Origin: the human T2T-CHM13v2.0 reference genome, Homo sapiens
Length of the DNA: 64,000 nucleotides
Reading direction: 5' to 3' (one strand)
Assembly (NCBI RefSeq): GCF_009914755.1
Contig: NC_060926.1
This document shows positions 38,201 to 53,300 of the stretch, piece after piece. A program made the position numbers and the translations under genes. Positions within the stretch are counted from its first letter, which is position 1. Every line of letters begins with the position of its first letter. The notes under the pieces are model-generated. The model was given only the letters and a program-made list of their open reading frames with translations, was not told where the DNA came from and did not search any database.

Positions 38201-38654
38201 CCACCTTGGGGTCCATGTGAAGTATTCCTTTACGTGCATCCCAAAATAACAAGGGGGCCTTTGCATTTCAGGCAGGCCTAAAATGCAAAGACCTACTGTT
38301 AAGAAGACTGACAGATTGAGCCAGTAGCTGTTTGTACTAACTGGTAGCACAAAAAGGTGGCTGTGAACTTATACAAAAGAACCTGAATTTAAAGAATATC
38401 AGATTGTACTTTGAGAGCTGATTGTAAGAATCACCTGATGTGATCATCATGAAGATGTGAGAAATCGCTAGAAGGATATTAAATAATTCTTAGACCTGCA
38501 ACCCTTGTTTATTCCTTGATTCTATATAGGTTTAACCTTAGATATAAGTATCTTGTTTATGTATTTAGAACTAATGTAAACATATGAATTTATACACTAA
38601 GTATAAATATACAGGCATTTATATAGTATTTATAGTACCTATATCTTGTTTAGA

Positions 38655-38949
38655 TTTTTTTTTTTTTTTGATACAGAGTCTTGCTCCATCCCCCAGGCTG
38701 GAGTGCAGTGGCATGATCGCGACTCACTGCAACCTCCGCCTCCTGGGTTCAAGTGACTCTCCTGCCTCAGCCTCCTGAGTAGCTGGGATTACAGGTGCAC
38801 ACCACCATGCCCAGCTAACTTTTGTATTTTTAGTAGAGATAGGGTTTCACCATGTTGGCCAGGCTGGTCTTGAACTCCTGACCTCAGGTGATCCTCCTGC
38901 CTCGGCCACCAAAGTGCTGGGATTACAGGTGTGAGCCACCATGCCCAGC
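38655..38949 (-). mobile_element. AluSx-type
   Basis: Full antisense Alu with cctgacctcaggtgatcc; poly-T at 38655-38669. Confidence 0.96.
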
Positions 38950-39059
38950 GATATAAGTATCTTACTTAACTTTTGTTTATAGCTAGATTATAGGTTTTAA
39001 CATTAGATATAGGTATCTAACGAATAAAAGTATCAGTAAGAAAGGGGATTTACAGTCAA

Positions 39060-39507
39060 AGGGTGTATAAACAACATTAATGTATTATCTTACACTTCTG
39101 CAGGTCAAAAGTCTAAAATAAGTTGGAAGTATTCCTTCTCAAAGCTCTGGGCAAAAATCTGTCTCCTTGCCTTTCCCAGCTTCCAGACGCTGCTGCCTGA
39201 ATTCCTTGGCTCATGGTCCCTTTTTAGCAATGGAATGCCTCCAACCTCTGCTACCATCTTCACATCTCTCCTTCCTCTGCTTCTCCTGTTGTATTGCTTT
39301 CTCTGATAAAGACCCTTCTGCTTCCTATCACAGGGACCCTTGTGAGTATATTTCACCCACCTAAATGATTCAGTGTAATCTCCCCATCTCAAGATCCTTT
39401 ACTTCGTCACATTGGCAAAGTCCCTGTGCCATGTCAAATAAAATACTCACAGTTTCTGGGATTAGGACATGGACATCTTGTTGGGAGCATTATTCAGCCT
39501 ACGCCAA
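39060..39507 (-). mobile_element. MLT1D-like LTR (partial)
   Basis: ccttgcctttcccagcttccaga...gacccttgtga...aatctccccatctcaagatcct...ctgggattaggacatggacatct...attattcagcctac. Confidence 0.85.
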
Positions 39508-39817
39508 GAGGACCAAAGGAAAAACATGAGAAACACTTGCAGAGATCAATGAAGTAAGATCAGCTCAGCTGGATGTCCAGTCAATCCAGCAGTCTGGAAC
39601 TGACTGTGGGAGCAAACATATCAAGTTGGTTTGTCCTCACACTATTACTCACTTCCAGCTCTGATCCGGACTCAACATGCAACCCTCTATGGACATGGCT
39701 ACCCATGACAACTTCCTACACTTCTTGGACATGCTTAACAGCTGCAGCTCTGATTGTAAATTATCTACCACACTTGGCAGCTGGCTGCCCACTGCAGCTT
39801 TCTTAGCTTGAGAATGA

Positions 39818-40179
<362 letters not shown>

Positions 40180-41045
40180 TTACCCTCGGCTCTCTGTACT
40201 AAGCATGCATATATCTTTATTTAATTCTCACAATAATCCTAGAGATATTTTAATTATGCCACAATTTTTTCCGCAAAATTCAATTGACATATTATCCAAA
40301 CATTGCTACCAGGTAATAGACAAGGAGTCCATTTCAAGCCAGGTCACTTTATGGTTCATATGAAGATTTCTCTATCTGGATCCATCTGTTTGTTTCACAA
40401 AAGAAGGCTCATGTTATGTTGGAGGTTGAAAGAAATGTCACTTTACTAATTAGGAAAGATGAGTTCCAGTGTGGGACGTGGGACGTGACTTGGATAGGCT
40501 CATAACTCTAGACAGTTTTAAAATTTAAGACCCCCTAATCTTTCTCCTTCATTTTATCATGTTGCCTTCCAATCTGGTCTAAGTTTAGAGTCAGACATAA
40601 TCTTTACTTAGCAACATCAAAGTTTGCTCCAGCTTGAGCATCAACTTGCTTGCTTGCTTGCTAAATGGAAATTTAAGGGTTTCATTTTCATATGCTTGCT
40701 TGTAACATAAATATGGTCATAAAAGGCTCATACAAACTCTCAAAACTGACATTGTGGTCTGCAGAATGTGAGAAAGTTGAGAAAGAAAAATCCTTGGGAA
40801 AGGTTTGGCATAAAATTTACCTAAGAAATAAGGCTAAGTGGAGACATAATACTATTAGGGGAAAAAATTTAATTACATTTAATTAAATCTCCTTAATTAA
40901 TGTTCACAGTGGGGCTATAAGAGAACTCCCAACAGATAGAGCTCTGAGCAAATTGGACTTGCATTTGACCTCAACCTGTTTTATATTCTCCAAGAATAGT
41001 GTACCAACATGTGTGTTATATTTGTTTTGTTTTGCTTAATATTGA

Positions 41046-41437
<392 letters not shown>

Positions 41438-42007
41438 TGTCCTGTTTCTTAAGAGCAATGTGACTTAAAATAAACTTCTGTATTCATAAAAAGGTGCTCC
41501 CCAACTCACAGTTCTGGGGAGCTTCACTTTATCAGATTCAGAGACTTGGGCAGTGCACAGCCTGCATTTGATTGGCAATTCCTGATAGCATGTCTCAGTG
41601 TATCACATCTGGCTCCAGGTGGGTGCTCAGTAAGTTTTAATTACTTTCTCCTCTCACAACTATTGAGGAGAAATAAAGAATATATAGGCTCCAGAGAGAC
41701 AGGAAGATTTTCTACATATGTTCACTCCTTTACCTCCGGTGTCTAGATTAGTATTTGACATACAGATCAGAACAGGAGTTTCTGTCACTATTACTTTGTA
41801 CTAAAGTATAAAAAGTGATTGCCTACAGGTTTGGGGGAAAAACTGCATCTGTGCATAATTGGCAAGGTGTCTTCTACCTTAATCTGTAACAATGGAGACA
41901 ACAATGGAGAGGAGACAATCTATGAAACTTTTCTTGTGATGATTCTCATTAGAGAAATAGTTCTAAATTCACTGGCATAGTTCTTGGAACTGGTTCTTTT
42001 TCCTAAA

Positions 42008-42290
42008 CTGGGCTCAGCAAACTATGGTCTGTGGGCCAAATTGAGCCCACTGTCTGTTTTTCTACAAGTCATGAAATAGTAATGTATTTTTTACAGTTTT
42101 AAAGGGCTGAAGAAAAGTCAAAAGAAGAATGATATATTGTAATATGTGAAATTATATGAAATTAATATCAGTGTCCACAAATAAGGCTTTATTTCACTGC
42201 CACACCCATTTTTTTATGTACTGTCTATCACTGCTTTCATGCCACGGTGGCAGAATTGAGTACTCAGCACAAAGACCATAAGGTCAAATA
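42008..42290. mobile_element. MER58B, opposite orientation to the 10-kb copy
   Basis: cagcaaactatggtctgtgggccaaat...aaaagaagaat...cagtgtccacaaataa...ggcagaattgagta...agaccata. Confidence 0.8.
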
Positions 42291-42587
42291 TTTTGGAAAA
42301 GTCCAAAATGGACTTTTGGACTTTGGCTCAACAAGAGGACAACAGGGCCCATGTTATGAAGAGCATTTCAGAGAACCAGTATTAGTGAAAAAGGGGTCAG
42401 TATTCCTTATCTAATAACCACATAACATTATATACCAATGATCTATATTGAGGTAGCAAAATACTATTTGATGCAAGCTTTTAAGAAGTATGACACACAC
42501 ACAAAAACAGATGCTTTGACTTCAAACTACTGGTTCTTAATTTTTTTCTGAATCATTTATCTTTTTGAGATGAGAACTATAAGCTCT

Positions 42588-42971
42588 CTGCAGGGAGCTG
42601 AATTGTGGCCCCCTAAAATTCATATGGTGATGTCCTACCCCCAGTTTCTTAGAATGATTGCATTTGGAGATCAGGCCTTTAATGAGGTAATGAAGGCTAA
42701 ATGATGTCATATGGGTAGGGCCTAATCCAGTCTGGCTTGGGTCTTTATGAGAAGAAATTTGAACATACCAGGAATGCACACGCCCAAAGAAAAGGTCATC
42801 TGAGGACAGTGGCCATCTGCAACCCTAGGGGAGGGGACTTAGAGGAAGCCAACCCTGCTGACACCTTGATCTTGAACTTCCAGCCTCCAGAACTATGAAA
42901 TCATGAATTTCTGTTGTTTCAGCCACTTAGTCTGTGGTATTCTGTTAAGACAGCCCTAGCAGATGAATACA
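42588..42971 (+). mobile_element. MLT1A-like solo LTR
   Basis: TG..CA ends; 5-bp TSD ctctc (42583-42587, 42972-42976); accttgatcttgaacttccagcctccagaact. Confidence 0.9.
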
Positions 42972-44561
42972 CTCTCATCCCACATATGAAATTACGCATG
43001 TGATTTTTAAAGGGGTTTGCAGGCTCCTGAAAATTGCATTGTTCACAGGCTCCTAGATTAATGACTCTTACTCAAATAAGTATTTGTTATCATCATTTGA
43101 TATTAAACATATTTAGCTTACACACTATTCCTTGAACAGTTGTTTGTAAGTTCTAGCAAAAGAGGCCTATGGATTATAAAAGCTTGTTTGAAAAACAAAT
43201 TTCTATTATTCTTTCCTTGTGCAGCCTCAGAAAGGCTGTGCCTGAAGAAGCCTTACCAGCTAGATTAGTCCAATCAACTGTGGTATCCATGTAAGACATA
43301 CAGATGTTTCAGCCAGGCCACCCTAATGTGTGGTGCTCTTCCTGGAGTCATCCATCTTTCCCGCTTACACTTCCAAAGGGTCTCGTCCTTTAGCTTGTTT
43401 GGCAAAACAAACTCTTCTCTCCCTTTCCACCAATCCTCTCGGCTTTTAATTAACTCCTTATCCTTATTCTAAAAAAAAAGCTAGCAGTCTTTTTAGGTCT
43501 GCCAATGGCCTACAGTGAAATCTGTCTGATTCTTCACCTGGCTCTCCAGCATCCTGATTTTTCTTTCTCTTTAGCTATTTTTTTCCATGTATTTTATTTA
43601 TTTTGCTTGTTTTGTAAATATCCTTGGAAAGAGCATGGTGCTCCAGCACCTACTGCTACTTCAGGGGCTCTCCTTGGCCTGTTGGAATTTCAATATAATT
43701 TATTGATACTCAGTGGGCACCACATATGTGGTACTTTCCTCTTGTCTTTATCTCCCAGCTCTCATCCTTCCTTTTTGATCAATAACCTGTGCTTCCTTTA
43801 CTATTTTCTTTGTCTCAATATTACATCGCTAGCTTTAATCAAAGCTCTTTTGATATAGAGTTTTGTAATGTAATTTATTCTTGATTGATTGTATGTTCTA
43901 ATCATAATTTGGAAAGAAGTCTTTTTATGCAGTGCTTCACGGTAGCCACCATCTTTATTTTATTGCCAATTTTTAACTAACAAATGAATGCTAGAGGAGA
44001 CATCTCTGTTCTGAAGAGCTTCTTTGAGAGGAGTTGGCAAACACTTTTACTATACAATATTTCAACTTAAGCTTCAGCAAACTTCCGTCTCTCTCAAACT
44101 TGGCTAAAGACAACTCAACCTCACTTCTATTCTTACATACTCAAGTTGAGGAGGAATGAATCTTGCTGCTTAGAAATATGTACTGTGGAAGCAAACAGCG
44201 TAGCTTAAATTGAGCTCCCTGGGACTTATTAGCTGTTTATCACCTTGAATAAGTTATTTAAAAACTTTCTGCCTCAGTTTATCTGTATAATTCAGCTATT
44301 TGTGTCTACATCATAAAGTTATTATGAGCATTATTATTAATGTAAAAATTAGAAGATAGCTTGGTCCAGAGTAAGTGCTATGTCAGAGTTCACTATTACC
44401 AAATCTTACATGTATTTTTGCTTATACAAATGGGCCATTATAACATATAACATCCCTACATATATATATATAATTTATACATATATTTGATATTATAATG
44501 TAAATTACATTTATAATGTAATTAATGTAATGTAAATAAATGTAATTAATTTGTAATGTAA

Positions 44562-44870
<309 letters not shown>

Positions 44871-45762
44871 TAACATCCCTATATTTCAAAACCAGCATCC
44901 TTGTCATGCATCCTGCTGTTGGGGAGACAGTGTTAGCTAAAGTTGCGCACACAGTTCTACATATTCCTGTATTTGGTAGGGTCCAAGATAAAACTATTTT
45001 ATCCTAACCTATACACTAGAATGAATTATACGAGAAGGTCTCAGTGTTTTTGGAGGGGTCCATTTTGGTATGTTCAAATTACAGTAAGGTTATATAAGTC
45101 TAAGAAATTACTTTTATATTCAGTAATGTTGCAAAAACTAATGACAAGGCTCAATTGTCTGTTGATGTGAATCAGTTTGGGCATTCTTATGTGTTCTCAT
45201 GTAATTTAAGATGCCTAATCAATAGGTTTATAGACCTCTGAGGGAGAATTATATTTATCAGGCAACATTTTGAAAAGGTGACAAGAAAGAGTAGTAAACT
45301 TAAAATAACATCAGTTCCAAGCTGCAATAATTAGGTGGCTGGGAGCAGTACATTTCTCCTCCTTACGCGTTATTCTGCCTATAGTGGTAATTTTTTTTTG
45401 ATAAAGTAACTAGTTAATAAAGCAACTAGACAGTTTTTTCAGTATTCACCAACATTTCCTTGATAACTCAAAGAAAATAACTGAATTAGTCCTTTAGAGA
45501 CAATGAAATGAATACTTAAAATGAATGTGTGCCTTTCTGAACTCAAAGTGAACTCATCAGCTAGCTATTTATAAGGATCTTTACGAGTAGGCCAAGTTTC
45601 ACAATTGAACTAAAAGCCCAAAATATTTCTACCAAATTATTAAACTTTTATATTTTTTATTCTTTCAGCTGTATCATGACTCCACTTTACAAGTGAAAAG
45701 AAAAATATGGTTTTAAGGGGAATTATATATTTATTTATTTGTTATATAGTGCAAATACCTTG

Positions 45763-46125
45763 CGCTATGGTTTGAACGTATCTCCCAAAGTTAATGTGTT
45801 GGAAACATAATCCCCAATGTAATTGTGTTGAGAAGTGGGACTTTTAAGAGGTGGAATCCTCATGAATGGGTTAATGTTGTTATTGTGGGAATGGATTCGT
45901 TATAGTAAGATTGGGCTTGTTATAAATGAGAGTCCGGCCCCCTCTTGTGCTCTGACATTTTCTTGCCTTTCCGTCTTCCACCAAGCAGCAAGAGAACCCT
46001 CACAAGATGCTAGCCCCTCGACCTTGGACTTTCCAGCCTCCAGAACTGTAAGAAATAAATTTCTTTTCTTTATAAATTACCCAGGCTTGGGTATTCTGTA
46101 ACAGCGGCATAAAAGGGACTGAGAT
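45763..46125 (+). mobile_element. MSTC/MSTD-like solo LTR
   Basis: gctatggtttgaa...tgtgttggaaac...ccttggactttccagcctccagaactgtaagaaataaatttc...taaattaccca. Confidence 0.85.
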
Positions 46126-47421
46126 ATATGGTTTGAACAGTTTTGTCATTGAGTAGGACAATTGTTTTGGCATTGTTTTGAAATCTTGTGAGGCGAATGA
46201 CATAGAATTGTGGTCAAGTTCAGATGTATTTTGTAGTGAGACACATGAGGTTTGGATGCCATCCCTATCTTCTAATAGCCTTAGGCTGGTTATTCAACCT
46301 CCCTAAAACTCAGTTTCCTCATCTGTAAAATGGGCATTACAAGTAACTCTCTTATGATGTTATACATCATGATACAATGTGTGATACATAAAGAATCCAT
46401 ACAGCACCAATGGCACAAAACAAGTGCTTGGCAAAAGTCTCTATTCAGACTAGCAGAGCCAATCAGCCTCCAGTGCTTTAGTATCTGTCTGTTTAAGAAT
46501 CTAGTTTATTCCAGAAGTCTTTATTCAGATTTTATGTTTGATTACTTTAGAGGCTTATTGCTTGAGCAAAACAAAGTTCTTTGTAGAAACAATATACGTT
46601 CATTTTACAAATCAAGTTGACATCTTGAATAAAGTAGTGACTGAAAATGTCAACTGGATATGGTTGACATATTTTCTAAACTGATTTCAGTGCAACTTTG
46701 GAATGTTGAGTTGGATTATGGACATGCGGACTAGCACTGAGTGGAGACTAAAGCCTATGAGATTCTCTGTGTGAGTGCTCTTATCTGTCTAGTCTTATGC
46801 TAGGTGCAGTGGAATATTCAAAAGAAGATCACTGTTTCTCTTCAAAATCCTTCACACAAGACTGCAAAAATTAACATAAATATGAGAAATAATTGCAGTA
46901 TAATACGAGTCCACGTAACCATAGAAAGAATGTTCTATAAGAGAGACAGGGAAGAAAAAACATACTAGGGGTTCCATTACTATAACAGAGTTGAATCATT
47001 ATGAACTGGATTGTCTGAGAAGGCTTGGAGGCAGAGGGCTTATTCACTATGATTGTTGGCAGTGAGTGAACACTCATTGGAAGCTAAAGGAGAAGACACA
47101 CCTGTTATTAATGAGCATGGAAGGAAGGGAGGTAAGGTAGATAATCAGCCTGACAAGACCAGAGTATTTACTTTGACACAGGTTACGCAGAGACAAAAGC
47201 CCAGATATAAAGGAAAGCATGTTGTAGAGATTAAAGGCAAAGGCTTTAGAAACACATTCCCCCAGTTCATTCAGCTACTGACCCTTCAGCTTAAACCCGC
47301 GTAGCCTAAACCTTACCATGCCTCAGCATCAACATATAAAATAGGGAGGACTTGTTATGAGAATTAAATAAGATGATGCAAATGAACCACTTAGCACAGA
47401 GCATGAGATAAAATTAGCAAC

Positions 47422-48119
<698 letters not shown>

Positions 48120-48364
48120 ACACCCAATAATATTGTCTATTACTATATTTTGAGTAGAAATTGTTCCATACATTTTAAAGCTGAGAAAAGTGAGGCCAAG
48201 GGAGGTGTAACAGTTGCCAAGGTCACACAGCTGCTAAATACTAGATTTTGAATATGACTCAAGGTCTGCCTAAATCCATAACCCATTTTTCCCACTATCC
48301 CATCTTGCTTAAGTCCTTGAGGTTAAGTAACTTGAAGCTGGTTTAGGAAGAGTCGTATAACATC

Positions 48365-48537
48365 AACATGGTCCCAAAGTAGACCAGTGGATTGAAGGCA
48401 TCAGCATCACCTGGGAACTTGTTAGGAATGCAGACTGGCCATATCCTAGATATTCTGAATCTGAAAGTCTGGAGTTGGAACCAGCAATCCAGCAGTCTGT
48501 GATTTAACATGCCCATTAGGTTTGAAACTGACTGCTC
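48365..48537. mobile_element. MER5A/B
   Basis: gcatcagcatcacctgggaacttgttaggaatgcaga...tctgaatctgaaa. Confidence 0.75.
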
Positions 48538-49457
48538 TAAACTAAATTCTATAGTTTTGAAAGCATCCAGAAGTTAATAAGACAGATAATGTTTGTAAAT
48601 CTTTTTGTGATAAATAGAATAGAGAGGTAAAAAGGAATTGTTGTGGTAGTGACTATGAACTTTAGCTAATGAGGTTTCAAGTCCACACCACCAATCAACC
48701 AAACTGAGGACTATAGGCACTAAGAAAACTATTAGCTAGAATTTGCAGGGCAAAGTGGCTAGGACCAAAAAGATCACATAAACAATACATTGAATAAAAC
48801 TGCACATATACTCACCAAGAAAAAGCAAGAGAGAGTTTTGCACTGACTCTCATGCCTACTGTCTATACCCGTTTGCCATCTAGTCCCAGCTACTGTCACT
48901 CTCTGCTTCTGCTTCCATGGTACACTCGATAATATTTGGCAGTAAATCAATTGCAACCTTCTTCCTCATCACTGTCCCACCCTCTGTTGTACCCTGATTT
49001 CCCTTCTTCACCTGACTTACTGCTACTACCTGCCAGCCTATCAAAATCCAAAGAAGTGATACCCATAAACATTCCAACTGCTTGTCATCTCCGCTTCTGG
49101 AGAGCTTGTACAAATGGCTATTTCTATGCTCTTCACACCCAGCAACAGTCAAGCCCAGTAGTTTAGCATGGGGACCCTGGATTCCCACCTCCTAGGAATA
49201 AATCAAAGCTATACCAATTACTTGCTTTAATCATTAAATTAATTTCTTTGTACCATAGTCTCTTCATCTATAAAGTGAAAATAAAAGTTATGATGCAAAT
49301 AAAATACTTATCACAGATTGTTAGTACATAGTCCTTGTTGGCACATAATTATCTAAGTGTATGATAGATTTATCTACCAGACATCTTTTTAAGCCAGTAA
49401 TAATATAGAAATCCATATTTGTATCCTCATGCCTAGCACAGAGCCTACTTAATAGTA

Positions 49458-49458
<1 letters not shown>

Positions 49459-49503
<45 letters not shown>
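49459..49503. repeat. (AC)22 microsatellite
   Basis: Read directly from the sequence. Confidence 0.98.
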
Positions 49504-49504
<1 letters not shown>

Positions 49505-49549
49505 CTAAACCAGACATAAATGCTGATCTCAACAATGGGATCCCTTTCA

Positions 49550-50315
<766 letters not shown>

Positions 50316-53300
50316 CAAGCTTGAAGCTTGATTTATAAAAACCCATGAAATCTATTAATGGAGACTACAATAGTGATTAGATGAAACAGTTGATTGTGTC
50401 TTCCACGAGCTTTCCAGGCAAAATCGGCTCCTATACCATGAGATATGATTGCTCAGTCTGGTTGATTTTGCTGAACAGGCTGTGATGTTTCAGAAACAAA
50501 ATGGTCTATCCTGGCCTTTCCTAATGCTTTTTTGCAAACAGTGTCCAATTTAGAAACCTCTACTTAATGGCTTAATTATTGCATTCAGAAAAAGTAAATA
50601 TGATACTTTGGCTTTAGTTAGAGAGGAAATATGTCCCATTTACAATGCTGGCACTGTGTCGAAGTGTGAGGCAATTTGCACAAGAGAAAGCTTTTTCTCC
50701 TTTGGGCTGGAGCCAGGGATCTTGATAATGCTCCCTTTTATCTGATGAATCCTGAGCGGTTGCCCTGCTAATATATTCAATCTCTTTTAATTCTAATTCT
50801 GCCTTTTTAATAAAATACCAAAATCAAACAGGATTCCACATTCCCAAGTTCCTATTTTTTAGATGTCATTAATCTGCATTGCTTTTGTGTAGGAAAAAGA
50901 TCCAGGAAAGGTGAGAATAATGTTCAGTAATTATACTGAAGATATGTCTGATGTACCCATAATTACAACTTCGGTGGGCAATTTGAAATCATCTGAATAA
51001 TTCCAAATTTATATTTTTACTTAGATTGTTGAAATGAGAATGGTGTATTTATTTGAACTAAAATGGTAATGGGTCTGAAAAAAATAGAAGACTGATGAGC
51101 CCCTTCCTAGCTGAGTGACCCTGAACAAGTTTGTTGCACTCATCTATAAAGATGGGGACAGTGCAATGTTTCTTACCGTGCTGTTAGGAGGATTAAATTG
51201 AATAACATATATGGAAAACATTATTTTATAAACCAGAAAGCAACATGTGAATAGTATCTCTCGTTATGAGAATATTCACATTATTTCCTCAATTTATCTT
51301 TGCTGGAACAGAACTATCATAGGTAATGATGAAAATTATGTAATCTTTATAGGGTAAAAAGAATTCAGTTTGGTGGAAGTGAAATAAGTGCATTTCTGAA
51401 AATCAGTATCTGTTTGATAGGGGAACAGTGACCAAAAATAAAAGTGTTTCATCTGAGGAGTATTTGAATTGCTAAAATTTAAAGATAATTTTGAAATGCT
51501 AGTGTAATTAACACTTTAAAGTGGTGACGATCCAAGGACTGTCTGACTCCATGAAGACTGGCATAGATATTCTCAGCCATTTACTAAACCAGAACAGATT
51601 GTCGAGTGTAAAGTTTTACAAGACATGTTTCTAGTTCGAGGATTGGTATCATATGTTTGGTAAAACGAAGGGAAGCTACTTTAACTCTGCTGCTGATTTT
51701 TTTCCCCGAAACATCTGAAATATCAAACTGAACCGGGCAATCGTTTTAAAGTATTAAGGTCAGTGCTCTCAGTACTCAAAGCCTTTAAGACCTTTGGAGC
51801 AGTGCAAAGAAAAGGGCTGTATATTACGAATATATATTTACAAACTATCTAGCCTATAAAATCCTGGAACAATAAGAGAAAAAGAAGTTCCAAGTTCCCA
51901 AAATAATGAAAGGTGGAAATTTTTCCTTAATTACATTATAAACCATAGCAAAGACATCTTTATTGAAATGTCATTGTATTCTCACCAGTCTGTTCATTAA
52001 CTTTTCATTCTCTATAATGTTTTGGACTACTAATTCAGTCACTAAGAACAGTTCAATAAGTAGTTTTGCAATGTTATTTATCTTGCATACTTTTCCCTTC
52101 TCTTTATTCAAAAGAGTGGGGGCATTTATGAATACACAATGACAAGCTTAATAAAACTCACAGATGTGAGAGATTTATAAGCAGAGGAAAGAGGCCTAAA
52201 TGGCATTCACATTGCCATATGATTCATAAGTCCTCTTTCCAATTACATAGTATTATTAAAACTTAGAATAAAAATAAGTAATAACCATGCTGTATACATT
52301 TGATCCTAGAAATTACAATTTTGAAGTGTGCCTTTGCACTATAGATGTCTGAGGCTACAATATACAATTATTTTTTAAGGGATAAAACTTCTCACACTTT
52401 AACATTGAATTTTGAAAATGAAAATTGATATTTTTTTTAAAAAATGAGGGTTCATTTTAAAAGAATTATTTGAGGCATGCAATTAAAAAAAAAAGTTGTT
52501 TCCCCTTAAAATATGGTCTGGTTTGTCACAGCTCATCTTTAGGGACAAGTATCGCAGCCCGAAGCTGAACGGTGGGCTTTGCTGAACCAGGTGGACTTTA
52601 TTTTTACAGACTCACGTCCAGTTTGCTGTCTGTCATCACAGGACTTAATGTTGAGAACTGACAGGTTTCAAATATTGATGGGGAAATGCTGGTGGATTCA
52701 GAAACTTGGAACTTGACCAAAATATCCAAATCTCACAAGTCTATAACATCAGCCTGGAAAGCAGGCTGTTTTATAAAATGTCCTTGGTCGCCCTATTTTC
52801 ACATGGAATAAAATAAAATGCCACAGGAGAAAACTGCTTCTTTGATATTTTAACACATGAATTTTTTGGAGTTTCAGCACCTGGATTTACAGCCTAGTTT
52901 AAAACAGGTAATACATCTCTGCAAGAGAGACAGAATGAGTTTCTTCAAATGTATTTGACACTTAAAAATTTTACTTGAGAGTATTTTTTATTCATTTTGT
53001 TTCCTTTGATGCTTTTTTTTCTATATTTTTCTACATCCATGATGCTTAAGAATATGAAATTCACTCAGCACTTCAGAAAGTGTCATGACCTCTCAAATAA
53101 GCCTCCTGTCTCTATGGTCTTGTCTTCTTTTGTGACAATTATACTACCTAGAGCTGTGTCTGTCTCAATGAAATCCCTGTTCCTTTTTGCTTCATTGCCT
53201 ACTGAATTTTTTCCTCCTATGAATTGAGGGAGGAAAGGAAACTTACAACTGTGCTGGTTCTGTGTGTAAATAGAATATGTGCAAACTCTCACGTGCTATG

